A DNA stretch of 63,827 nt, counting the filler, from Stramenopiles sp. TOSAG23-2 (lineage: Eukaryota), in NCBI GenBank assembly GCA_900128395.1. It is 6 parts of 6 records of this genome, joined end to end, with 100 filler letters (N's around TTAATTAATTAA, not from the genome) between each part and the next. Parts side by side here need not be neighbours in the genome. Positions count along the whole stretch, not along the records: positions 25,104 to 37,547 come from LT649853.1; positions 37,648 to 50,090 come from LT649854.1; 4 more parts are not named here. One strand, 5' to 3'. The translations under genes were made by a program, and so were the position numbers. Below the pieces are notes generated by a model. It had not been told where the DNA came from and ran no database searches. It saw only the letters and a program-made list of their open reading frames with translations. Numbering within the stretch: position 1 is the first letter of the stretch; the number at the start of each line of letters is the position of its first letter. Shown piece by piece: positions 33,775 to 45,025 of the stretch.

Positions 33775-35466
33775 CTAAATTGTACTTCCTGATGACGCAC
33801 CACCTTTTTTTGATGAATCACTTGTTGCAGGACCTGCTAAATTTAATCGCCTTGCACATCCAATATATTTAAACATTAAAAATAATTCAATCATACCCAT
33901 TATTCCTCCAATTAACCACATAAAATGAGAAAAGCTTCCATAATGATGATTGATTCTTATAATATCTGATTGAAACATTGGACCAGATACTAAAGGACAT
34001 ATTGCCATTCCTATGCTCATTGATGCAGACACCATACCACTACATTTTCCTCTTAAACTAGCTGGTACTTTAGCGGACGCAATTTGTAATAATGTCGGTA
34101 ATGTTAAATTCCATCCAACACCTATTGTTAATAAAAAGAAAATAGCATGTATCCAAAAAATTTCTATAAACGTATATACTGCTATACCCGTTGTCAACAA
34201 CACACATGATATTATTGCTGTTCGTGGTGCGCCAATTTTATTAATCAGAAATTTAACTCCACATATATTCATTATAAGAGCTACAATACCAAATCCAGCA
34301 AGAAAAAAACCTAATTCCGTTGGACCAAAATTAAAAAGAATCATCCATACTAGACCAGTCATACTAGTCATACAAGCAAATGTAAATGCTGCAAGAGCCG
34401 TGCATGCAGCGCATATATATGCAATAAACGGCATTTTTTCATCTGTTGTTGCTGCTTGGCCATCATTTTTTTTAGTGTTGTCCTTCTTATCGTTTGTAGT
34501 ACTACCAGCTTTACCATCAACGTTCATCGATTTTAAAAATTCTTTTCTTCCATAATTATATATATCATCAATATTTTGTTTCCTTGGCCCACAAATTCCA
34601 CCATTCGGTCGTGTTTCAGGTATTTTAAAAATACCAATGCTTAAACATATAAATGCAATGATGGCTGGTGAGAAAAATGCAATTCTTTTATTGCCAGTAG
34701 TTGCAGTTATTATTCCTCCTACTAATGGACCTAACATAAATCCAAGCCCAAGCATTGCAGCAGCCATCCCAAAATATTTCGGCCGTTGCCGTGGATCACC
34801 AACCGTATCTAACACCATAGCTTGTACAACAGGCATTGTTCCTCCTGCTACTCCTGTAAAAAATCTAGCAAAAAGTAATGAATAAAGTGTAGTTGCTAAG
34901 CCACACCAAGCATATCCCAATGCTGATGAAACAATGGATCCCATAATAATTGCTTTCCTACCAACTGTATCGCTTAGTTTTGACATGAAAAAGTTTCCAA
35001 CAAATTGTCCAACGCCAAATGCGAATATAGTTAATCCCACCTCGACCGAAGAACCACAACCAGGTGTCTCGCCACATATTTGAGTCACATTACTGTTTTT
35101 TACATATTGTGGGCATGTTGGACATTGAGTTCCTTCCTCCCATGGTAATTCAAGTGTATAATATGGCAAAATTGGTATTCCTATTCCTGCACCTAGAAAA
35201 TCAACAAAGGCACATAAATAGGCTGGCCACAATACTTTTAAAACATTTGGCGGTGAAGATGATGATGATGAAGTACTTGTTTCCTCCTCCTCTTTTTTGT
35301 TCGTTATTACATTATCTTCTTTTTTTTCCGTGATATTAACATCTTTTGAAGATGATGATGATGAAGTACTTGTTTCCTCCTCCTCTTTTTTGTTCGTTCT
35401 TACATTATCTTCTTTTTTTTCCGTGATATTAACATCTTTTAATTCAAGTTCTTTTGATTGGCTCAT
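33775..35466 (-). CDS. MFS transporter (DHA1/TetA-like)
   Basis: About 12 TM; motif A KLSDTVGRK; ARFFTGVAGG; GFMLGPLVGG; IPET. Confidence 0.9.
   Translation of the reverse strand: MSQSKELELKDVNITEKKEDNVRTNKKEEEETSTSSSSSSKDVNITEKKEDNVITNKKEEEETSTSSSSSSPPNVLKVLWPAYLCAFVDFLGAGIGIPILPYYTLELPWEEGTQCPTCPQYVKNSNVTQICGETPGCGSSVEVGLTIFAFGVGQFVGNFFMSKLSDTVGRKAIIMGSIVSSALGYAWCGLATTLYSLLFARFFTGVAGGTMPVVQAMVLDTVGDPRQRPKYFGMAAAMLGLGFMLGPLVGGIITATTGNKRIAFFSPAIIAFICLSIGIFKIPETRPNGGICGPRKQNIDDIYNYGRKEFLKSMNVDGKAGSTTNDKKDNTKKNDGQAATTDEKMPFIAYICAACTALAAFTFACMTSMTGLVWMILFNFGPTELGFFLAGFGIVALIMNICGVKFLINKIGAPRTAIISCVLLTTGIAVYTFIEIFWIHAIFFLLTIGVGWNLTLPTLLQIASAKVPASLRGKCSGMVSASMSIGMAICPLVSGPMFQSDIIRINHHYGSFSHFMWLIGGIMGMIELFLMFKYIGCARRLNLAGPATSDSSKKGGASSGSTI
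35254..35439. repeat. In-frame 93-bp (31-aa) tandem duplication in the MFS N-terminal tail
   Basis: KDVNITEKKEDNV(R/I)TNKKEEEETSTSSSSSS twice, one substitution. Confidence 0.9.
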
Positions 35467-35969
35467 CTTGTCTATGTAAATTCTTGTATGTTTGTATATG
35501 CATGTATTTATCTATATTTCTGTTCTTTCTGTGGATGGGCTCCATATATTTATTTGTTCCATCGGAATAGATGATGAGTGCATTTTTTGAATTTTTTTTG
35601 GAGATTTTTCTACTACAGTATATTTTTGATGATGGTTCGACATAAAAAGAAATTACCGATCAAATTATTGTATTTAAGTATAAATTGATAGTACTGTTTG
35701 TAATAGATATTTCGTTCTTTTCTTTCTTCGCAAGAAGTGCAAATAAAAAATCCATGTTCGGTCCGATCCTTACTGGCTTAGCTTTTTGCATAATTTTATA
35801 CTAAAACTACTAAAGATATTTAAGATATAGAAACAGAAAGAGAAAGATGTAGTGACAGAACTGAAAGAAAGAAACAATTATACCACCAAGAAGAAGAAGA
35901 ACAAAAACAATTAAACAAAAAATAAAAAAAACCGTCTTAGTAAACAATTATAACTATTAGTATATCATT

Positions 35970-37040
35970 ATGAGTGAAACTATTTCAACTGCAGTGACTG
36001 AATTATTTAATATTAAAAGGCCAATTATATTGGCAGGTATGAATGTTGCTGCCGGACCGGAACTCGCTGCTGAAGTGACGAACAACGGTGGATTAGGTGT
36101 TATTGGTGGTGTTGGGTATACACCAAAATTCTTGAAAGCACAATTGGATGAATTGAAATCGTATTTGAATGACAAAAATGCACCTTTCGGTGTTGATTTA
36201 CTTCTTCCGCAAGTTGGTGGTAGTGCAAGAAAAACAAATAAAGATTACACAGGTGGTACACTTCCTCAATTAATTGATATTATCATTGAAAGTGGTGCTA
36301 AATTATTTGTAAGTGCAGTGGGTATTCCTCCTAAATGGGCAGTTGATAAATTGCACGGTAATGGCATTTTATGCATGAATATGATTGGTGCACCTAAACA
36401 TGCAGCAAAAGCTTTAGCTGTTGGTGTCGATATTATTTGTGCACAAGGTACTGAAGGTGGTGGCCATACTGGTCAAGTCGCTACGTCTGTATTAATTCCA
36501 ATGGTAGTCGACAGTGTACGTGGTAAAAAATCACCTTTAACTGGGAAACAAGTACCAGTAATTGCTGCGGGTGGGATATTTGATGGTCGTGGCTTAGCAA
36601 TGGCATTGTGTTTAGGTGCAGACGCTGTTTGGGTTGGTACCAGATTTGTTGCAGCTGAGGAAGCTGGAGCACCTCCAGCGCACCAAAAAGCAGTTTTAAG
36701 AGCAGGTCCACATGACACCATCAGGAGTACGATTTATACTGGCCGACCTATGCGTATTATTAAAAATACATATGTAGTCGATGCAGAGGAAAATCATGCA
36801 GAGGAAATCAAAGAATTTGCAAATCGAGGTATTATTTACATGCAAGGCGATTCGAGAAGACGCAAAGAAGCTGGTGAAGAATGGAGTGTACAGCAACAAA
36901 TGGAAGCACGACCTCAATTAATGGGTCAAGCTTCTGCTGCTATTGATGCTGTTGAACCAGCATCGAAAATCATGGATGAAATGATAGCTGGTGCCTTGGC
37001 AACTTTACGACGTGGAGTTGGTATGGCAGCAAAGTTGTAA
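35970..37040 (+). CDS. Nitronate monooxygenase (2-nitropropane dioxygenase)/FabK-like FMN oxidoreductase
   Basis: PIILAGM, GGLGVIG, AQGTEGGGHTG, AAGGIFDGRG, VWVGTRF. Confidence 0.93.
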   Translation: MSETISTAVTELFNIKRPIILAGMNVAAGPELAAEVTNNGGLGVIGGVGYTPKFLKAQLDELKSYLNDKNAPFGVDLLLPQVGGSARKTNKDYTGGTLPQLIDIIIESGAKLFVSAVGIPPKWAVDKLHGNGILCMNMIGAPKHAAKALAVGVDIICAQGTEGGGHTGQVATSVLIPMVVDSVRGKKSPLTGKQVPVIAAGGIFDGRGLAMALCLGADAVWVGTRFVAAEEAGAPPAHQKAVLRAGPHDTIRSTIYTGRPMRIIKNTYVVDAEENHAEEIKEFANRGIIYMQGDSRRRKEAGEEWSVQQQMEARPQLMGQASAAIDAVEPASKIMDEMIAGALATLRRGVGMAAKL

Positions 37041-37547
37041 ACAAACCAATACCGCTACCATCAAGGAGGAACTTACCAACAAGTTATTATAACAATTGTA
37101 TTGCTTTTAGGAATATTACCTTTATCACCACGAAAACGTCGTGTTATCAATGTATTATAATCCTCGTGCAAAAAAATTTATGCAAAAATCGAGACGAGAC
37201 AAAAAAACACCGCTTGCAAATGTGAGGCTGCTTAAAAAATTCGTAAATCGTTATTTTATCAATTTTGCCTATCAACACTATACCAAAAAAACCAGAAGTA
37301 TTCTGATGGTTTTCAACAAATAGGTACCCTCAAGTACAAAAAATACCTAGTATATCCTATCAAATATATCAAACACTACAAATCTACTTAGTATATGAAA
37401 AGGACTACATTAAGTATAAATATGATAGGAAATGAAAAACAGAAAATGTGGCAAAAAAACACACTTTTCAGTGTAAAATGTTGAAAGGCCTGTGTCCATG
37501 CTAATTTCTAAATGCTATTTCCATATATTAAAAACACTTCATAGGGA

Positions 37548-37647
37548 NNNNNNNNNNNNNNNNNNNNNNNNNNNNNNNNNNNNNNNNNNNNTTAATTAAT
37601 TAANNNNNNNNNNNNNNNNNNNNNNNNNNNNNNNNNNNNNNNNNNNN
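37548..37647. other. Artificial contig spacer
   Basis: N run with TTAATTAATTAA. Confidence 0.98.
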
Positions 37648-38211
37648 CCGTGGTTGGCATCACATTTTGTTAAAGATTGCACATATTGTTTGCGTTGCAT
37701 TCTGGCATTATTATTTATTAGATTTATTGGCGAATGTTTTTTTTTAGTAGTCGTCGTGTCGTCGTCCTACCGTCCTACCACACTACTGGTGGTAGTCCGG
37801 GTAAATCGTCTATATGAATATCATATTCTAATAAGTATAGTTTTTTTTATCAAAAGTGCTAAAAGTGCCAAAAGAAACTCTGGCTGCTATTATTTCGAAT
37901 TATTAGAATTATAGCTATCGGCTATCGGTATATAATATGATATACTTGGTACAATACTATTATATAATACATACATACATACTACAGACTACAGCTGTTT
38001 AATTTATAATAAGTTATTAGTATTATCGATATAATACAACAATTTAAATTATAATAAAGAATAAAGCACTAAAAAATATGATAATAGTAGCAGTTGTCTT
38101 CTTCAATTATTAATACAAACTACGAAAACTCTTGTTACAGAATATTAATACCACTTCTATATTGATATCTTGCTCTCCGCCCAAAGAAGATCTACATAGG
38201 CAGGTAAGATA

Positions 38212-41200
38212 ATGCCATCTTCAGCTGAGGTGGAAGATTACCGCAAACAATATGTGCAATCTTTAACAAAATGTGATGCCAACCACGGACGTTATTCAAT
38301 GTTGACAATGAACTTTTCATCAGTGGAATATTATCTTGGTGATTTTGATCCAGTAAAAACGAGCGTTGCTTATCATCTTTTAACAAAGACAGAAAAGTAT
38401 TGCATAGATGGATTTGAATGTGCGCCACAAGTGCACTTGTGTGTACCTTGTCAGTTTGGTAAATATTGCCCACCTGGCTCTGTGCGGTACAACAACTCTG
38501 CTCTTGTGAATATTTGTCCAAAAGGTCATTTATGTAAAACACCGAAAGATAAGGAATTATGTCCTGCATCGTTTGCTTGCGGCTTTGGCAGCGCAAGTTT
38601 AAATAGCCCGGTGACACCATCATGCAGTAATTATGAAAACAATGTGGCTGTCTACTGCCCAGAAGGGTCCTCTCTTTCGTCACAATTCACATTTGAAAAT
38701 CTATGCAAAGGAGGTTATTATTGTCCAAAAGGTGGAAATGGAACAAATCGCCAAATATTATGCCCAGAAGGCCATTTTTGTTATGAAGGTGTTGCTCAAC
38801 CAATTCCATGTACGAAGGGATTGCTAGTTGATACGACCGATTTTGGATTTAAAAATGCATGTTCGTATGGCAGATCTTATCCTAGTTATGATGTTTTTCA
38901 AACAGTGCAACTATTAATAGTCTTGTTGTTTCTTTATATTATTTCGAAGGGTATTATTTTTGTGAAACAATTGTTGAAAACTTATAGTGATAAAAAATTA
39001 AAAAAACTGTACAAAACAAAAAGTGAAGCAGCATTTTTAAAATTTATAAAAAGCTCAAATGATGATGCTTTACATGATAATCGTAAAATAAGCATGACTG
39101 GTTCAACTAAAAAATTAAATATTGTACTAAAAGAGAAAGGACTTTTAAGTTCAGTAGAAAATAATATGATCCTTGATATGTTTGACCATATTGATATTCA
39201 ACATCATGGAAAAATTAGCAAAAGTGAATTAGAAAAATTTCTTACTCATCAAATGGAGAGAGGAAAAAGTAATTCCAATGTAAAAATGTTCTCAAATCCA
39301 CTTAAATCAAACGGTGGAACGTGGAAACAAAAAGTGCGATCAATTTTTAAGAAATACGATAAAGATCAAACTGGGTATTTAGATAAAGAATCCTTTCAGC
39401 AATTATTTCGAGAATTTGACTCTGTACAGAGAAAATCTGAAGTTGATCAAAAAAAGCGAAATGATGAAAGCAACAATGCAAATGATTTTTTAACAGGCGT
39501 TAGCAACAATTTTACTGGCTTCAAAGCGGATCACCGAAAATATTCTATACAATTTAACGGACTAGGCTTGAGTTTAAAATCTAATCACAAAGTTGTCTTG
39601 AAAAATGTGACTGGTGAATTTTTCCATTCTCAGCTTATTGCTATTATGGGGCCCTCTGGATGTGGAAAATCAACGTTTTTAAACACTTTATCTGGAAGAG
39701 CATATTACGGGCATAAGAAAGGGGTAATGCAAATAAATCACAAAGATGACACGTTATTAAATCATCGAAAATCAGTTGGATTTGTACCCCAAGAGGATAC
39801 AGTTTTTGATATGTTAACAGTTTATGAAAATTTAATGTATTCGTGTGAACTTCGTTTGCTTGGATCAACTAAGTCAAAAAGAAAAAGAATCGTTGAAGAT
39901 GTCATACATTTATTAGAACTTGAAAAAATAAGACATTCAGTAGTTGGTTCAGTTGAAAAAAGAGGTATCAGTGGAGGGCAAAGAAAACGAGTCAATATTG
40001 GAATGGAATTAGTTGCAGATCCTTCAATAATCTTTTTAGATGAACCTACCAGTGGTTTGGATAGTGCTTCAGCATCTGTTGTTTTATCAGCGTTAAAAGA
40101 TTTAACCCATTTAGGGATCACAATCATAGCAGTAATCCATCAGCCAAAATATTCCATTTTTGAACTTTTTGATCAATTGTTACTCTTAGGTACAGGTGGG
40201 GAAACCGTATTTTGTGGTCCCGTGTCATATGTTAAAGATTATTTTGCCTCGCTCGATTTTAAAATGCGTGAGGAAAATGCAAATTTAGCAGACTTCATTA
40301 TCGATGTTTGCGCCGGGATTATCCCACGTGAAAACCATCCATCATATTTGCCTAGTGATTTACCTAAATTATGGGAGAAACGTGGAGTTGAAGTTGTGAA
40401 GGAACACCAAGACCACCATAATGACGTGAGGCTAGAAAATGCTGGCAAACAAAATGACGGTTCGTTATCACCAAACGATTTGTCGAAGTTTCTTAAGTCA
40501 CTTCGTTCGTACTTGCTCATTACGTCGAAGAAAAAACTTTTCTTAGATGATTTAACGGCGTTATGCAAATTAATAGATAGAGATGGCATATTGCCACGCA
40601 AAAGTTTAAATATAATAAAAAGATTTGTCCATTCATTGATTATCGAAGAATCGTCAAATGAACATAAAAAACGATATTCTTATAAAAGTATTTATACCAA
40701 GTTGAAAACATTTGTTGAAATTACAAATAAAAATGCAAAAAATAGTCGAGCTAACCGTCAAAAAAAGAAAAAAGCAAGAGGTAGGAAATTTCGAGCATCG
40801 ATGATGGATTCCAAAGAAGCAAATTCAATGTTAAATTTTACTAACCAAGCACAAAATGATAATGATGGAAAAGCATATAAAAGTATCCTTACTCAAGACA
40901 ATAATGATAATACAAATAACAATGGGAAATCCTTGATGCACATATTTTGGACTGGTTGGCATCAATATTGGATTTTGCAACACCGTTGTTTTATAATATT
41001 AGTTTACAACAATTGGAAGCGAATATTAAGTGATACATTTATTTTGATTTTGTGTGGAATTATTACTGGTGGAATGACTCAATCAACTGTATCTTCATTA
41101 AATTACCCTATATTGCCAATTGCATTGACATTGTGCGTCACATTGCTTGGAGTTTTAAGTGCTGTAAGTGCCACAAATATTTTTGGTGGGACGAAATTAT

Positions 41201-42140
41201 TATATTTTCGCGAACGCGCATCGAATTTATACGTCTTTCCATATTTTATTTCAAGGATATTATTAGATATAGTAACAATCGTTTTAAAAAGCAATATTTT
41301 TTTGATGTTGCGACCCCGTTAATTGGTAGATTAGAATTAGTCGCAGTATTTGCATTTACGGCTTATGCGGCAAGTCCAATCGGTTATATGATCTCGATCA
41401 TTGTTAATGATAAACCATCAACAGTGGCAATAACTGCTGCTGTAACATTTATTCTAGGCGGTCTTATGACAGGACTGAATCCAGAATTAGCAACTGTTAA
41501 AACGTATGCTTTTCCATTACCACAATTGTATGATTTGAGTTTTGGGAGATGGGCTGTTGAGGGGATATTAAGCGAATGGATTGTTAAATCTCCGTTCCCA
41601 TATATGTCTACAGCAAAAGATTTTTTTGAGGACAAAGGATATGAAATATATGCTGGTAGAGGGGAAACAAATATTGTCAGTCTTTTTATAATTGGTACAT
41701 TTCTGCGATTCGTGACATTAATTTTGTTAATCACAATCAATCGAGACAAACAGCTGCATTTAAAGCTTGGTATCGTGAACAAGCTATGCTTTTGGAATAA
41801 ATTAAAGAACAAACAAAAAAAAAGAATGGCAATGTTACAAAGAGATGTTCTAAAAGCAAAAAAACATACTCATCATCATCATCCAAATAAATCGCATTTT
41901 AAATTTGATAAGAAAAGAAGCAGCGTTTTAACAGATATATTAGAAGATCATAATTATGATCATGGCCACGAAAAGCATATTGCAAGCGGTAATGGGAGTA
42001 TAACAAGTAATGTTCGAAATTTTAATACATCAAGTGAAAGTAAACCTGTTGCAGTTATGGTAGAAATGCGGATGCAAAAAAACCCTTTACATCATGGCAA
42101 AGGGAAAAGTACGTGGGTGGAGAATCCACTTAAATCATGA
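38212..42140 (+). CDS. ABCG (White/ADP1-like) half transporter with Cys-rich ectodomain and EF-hands; frame break near 41300
   Basis: CPxGxYC repeats; DIQHHGKISKSE and DKDQTGYLDKES EF loops; GPSGCGKST, ISGGQRKR, IIFLDEPTSGLD; membrane domain split between ORFs 38212-41322 and 41052-42140; true 5' end uncertain. Confidence 0.85.
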
Positions 42141-42325
42141 AAACTATTGTGGAGTATATAATGTACGAATCGTACGAAGTATATATATATATGAGATATA
42201 CTGATATATTTAAAAATAAAAAAATTATTTTATGACACACTCTAGTATGATATCATACTTTGTACACGTCAGTAATTGTTAATATTTGTACGAGAATCTT
42301 TTTTTTATTTAAAACGCGTGATTTC

Positions 42326-43123
42326 CTACATCTTTATATCAATATCTACCATTTCAGAATACCCCATTTCATAATAACTTTCACCTTTTCTCTTCTATAA
42401 TATGTACCACCACCAAAACAATTAATCCGATCAGTACAATACAACGCACAAACTTGTCCAGGACAGTGTACAGTTGAAATACGTAATACGTAATACAGGA
42501 TACAAGGTTTTTATTGAAAGTGCATAAGTGCATATGATTTTTTTTGGATTTTATTATACTTGTTAGTATAATTTTTTTTTATATAATATAAATAATTTGT
42601 TATTTTGTTACATCTTTTGATTTTGATTACATTACATCATATCATCACCCTCTTGTAAATACAATATTGATGCTTCTTTTCTAAATTTTAAAGCTCGTTT
42701 TTCTGATGGTGTTAAAACTTTCTTCTTTTTCTTTATACGATTGTTATTTATTTTTGTTGGTGTTTGTTTTTTAATAGATATAGGTGTTGTTGTCGTTTTT
42801 ATGTCTTCGTCTGATGATGAATGATGAAAAACAAATTGAATATCATCATCTAATAATTTATTATAATTATTTTCATTATCCATTACAATATTAATATCAT
42901 CCATAAATTTGCTATCGTTATTAGTAGTATCAACACTAATGTTATTTTTATTTGTCGCCATTCGTTTTTTATAATACTCTTTTTGTTTCTTTTTCTTTGT
43001 ATCACTAGATGGATGATAAATTTCTATTGTTGATTGAACATATTCATTGACATAATTTTGTTGCTTATTATTATTCGATTTTCTATGGTTATTCAACATG
43101 TTGCCATTATTATTATTATCATC
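42326..43123 (-). pseudogene. Headless, decaying gene fragment
   Basis: ORF 42632-43099 followed by coding-like sequence scrambled by short duplications and frameshifts. Confidence 0.45.
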
Positions 43124-43372
43124 TTATCTTGTAAGAAACAGAATTTAGAGCTAATAAAATTATTGTTAAATCATACAACCTGTACAAAGGATGTATTAAA
43201 TACTGAAACTAGCTTAGGAGATACACCGTTGACTTTTGCTGATGGCAATGGTTTAAATCGTTTTAAATATTTAGATGGCAATAATATAAGTGATGTTGAA
43301 ACAGAGATTGTTCATTTATTAAAAGTTAAAATGGGGAGAATGGATACGATGACGATTAATAATGAAGGTTAA
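43124..43372 (+). pseudogene. 3' fragment of an ankyrin repeat gene
   Basis: SCKKQNLELIKLLLNH...LGDTPLTFA; no credible start. Confidence 0.6.
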
Positions 43373-43959
43373 AATACTTCTTTTTAGGATTTTAGCACGT
43401 GCGCACTTTTTAGTATACAATTTTTTCATACTTCTTTATTTTTATTTTCCCTATATACTACTATAATTATTTATTATAGCAATAGCGGATATAGCGGTGT
43501 GCGGTGTGGTAAACTTAACTTTTTATATATAGGCACAGACCACATGTGGTAGACTATGTGGTAGTCTATGAATACAGTACCAGAATATGCATAGCATATA
43601 CACAGCACGGAATATAAAAAATAAAAGGGCCAATTAACTATGGGGGGAAATATTTTAATATGGTACGCATCGTACGCACGTACGCACGTACCATACATTT
43701 CACAGTTGTTTTTAACCTATAATAATTCGAGCATTGACAGGGCAGAAATACCAATAGTAATCCATTATAAAATATGTCTATTATTTTGATAAATATATAT
43801 ACATACCAAGACAAATATATTTATATACATACACAAATAGAACAAATCACAAATAACAATATTGATAACAGCATTATTCAACCCAATATCATTATTGTAT
43901 CTTCTCTCTGTGTTATACAATACATACATATATATATACAATATATAAATAAAAGAAAG

Positions 43960-44829
43960 ATGTCAACAACAACTACAACGACGACAACAACTGATACCGC
44001 ATCAACCACGAAAAATACAAAACCAGCTTTTAACATACCAGCAGGTGGTAGTAGTAGTAAAAATCATACAATATATTATCCATACCATCGTAATGAAGGG
44101 TATCCAAAACAAATGATGGCAAACTTTCGTTTGGTAAAGGTAGCAAGTTTAAAACGATACATACGATATTATAATGTACAAGTACGTCCAGATAGTACAC
44201 CAGTAGAACTTGCAAGTGCAGTTGCAAAACATTTTAAACGAGACTTAGATGTGAGTGGTAGTGTAGCAGGTGAAAAGAAAGTGATCGAGCATTTTGTTGA
44301 ACAAGTAACAAGAGAACAGCGTGGGCATGGATTAGGTGGCGACCATGACCCATCCGTCAACGATGTCAGTTCGAAGAAACGCAAGCGCACCGGTGAGACT
44401 GCTCCATGGATTGTACCAGATGGCGATATTCAACCAGGTGCCGAAGTGGCTGCAAGAGTAGGAAACGAGTGGATTCATGCTCGTATTGTTCGTTATATAA
44501 CACGTACAAAGAAGTATGAAGTCGAAGATGCTGATGCTGAATCCCAAGATAAAGGTAAATGTTACCATGTGCATACTAAATATGTATTGCCATTGATTAT
44601 ACCAAAGCTTAGTGCTGAATTGATAAAAGGCGAACGTGTCTTGGCATTGTTTCCATATACAACTAGTTTTTACGAAGGGCAAATTGTATCAACTGAAGCG
44701 CATGATCGATATGGTGTAAGATTTGATGATGATGTTGAAGATGGCAAATTAGTAAAGAAAAGAAAAATACCAAGATATTTTGTTGTACCATTTCCACAAC
44801 ATTTGCAAAAAGATAAAAAAGCAAAATAA
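43960..44829 (+). CDS. SAP30 Sin3-binding-like domain fused to SGF29-type tandem Tudor domain
   Basis: ANFRLVKVASLKRYIRYYNV...ELASAVAKHF...EKKVIEHFV (SAP30-like); GAEVAARV..EWI...KYEVEDAD...GERVLALFPYTTSFY...YGVRFDDD (SGF29); ATG at 43960. Confidence 0.8.
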   Translation: MSTTTTTTTTTDTASTTKNTKPAFNIPAGGSSSKNHTIYYPYHRNEGYPKQMMANFRLVKVASLKRYIRYYNVQVRPDSTPVELASAVAKHFKRDLDVSGSVAGEKKVIEHFVEQVTREQRGHGLGGDHDPSVNDVSSKKRKRTGETAPWIVPDGDIQPGAEVAARVGNEWIHARIVRYITRTKKYEVEDADAESQDKGKCYHVHTKYVLPLIIPKLSAELIKGERVLALFPYTTSFYEGQIVSTEAHDRYGVRFDDDVEDGKLVKKRKIPRYFVVPFPQHLQKDKKAK

Positions 44830-45025
44830 AAAACTCTCTTTCTATATCTACACATGTAGAGTAAAGAACTTTTTTAGATTTAATACATTACGTTATTTTA
44901 CGTATTATAATATATTAAAACAAGAAATGTAGCAACATAAATATCAAATTTACGTCACTTTAAAACGTACAACAAATCTATCTTCTTGTATTTGTCTTGA
45001 AATAATAACATATCAATATATTAAC

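Noticed and set aside
37140-37547. Possible transposon end resembling bases 1-140
   Set aside because: Similarity is weak and explained by A-rich composition
38078-38211. Upstream exon or intron for the ABCG gene (CAG/GTAAG at 38201)
   Set aside because: No splice combination found by eye restores a signal peptide in frame; unresolved
43774-43959. N-terminal extension of the SAP30-SGF29 ORF
   Set aside because: Low-complexity AT-rich UTR-like sequence; ATG 43960 is the more plausible start
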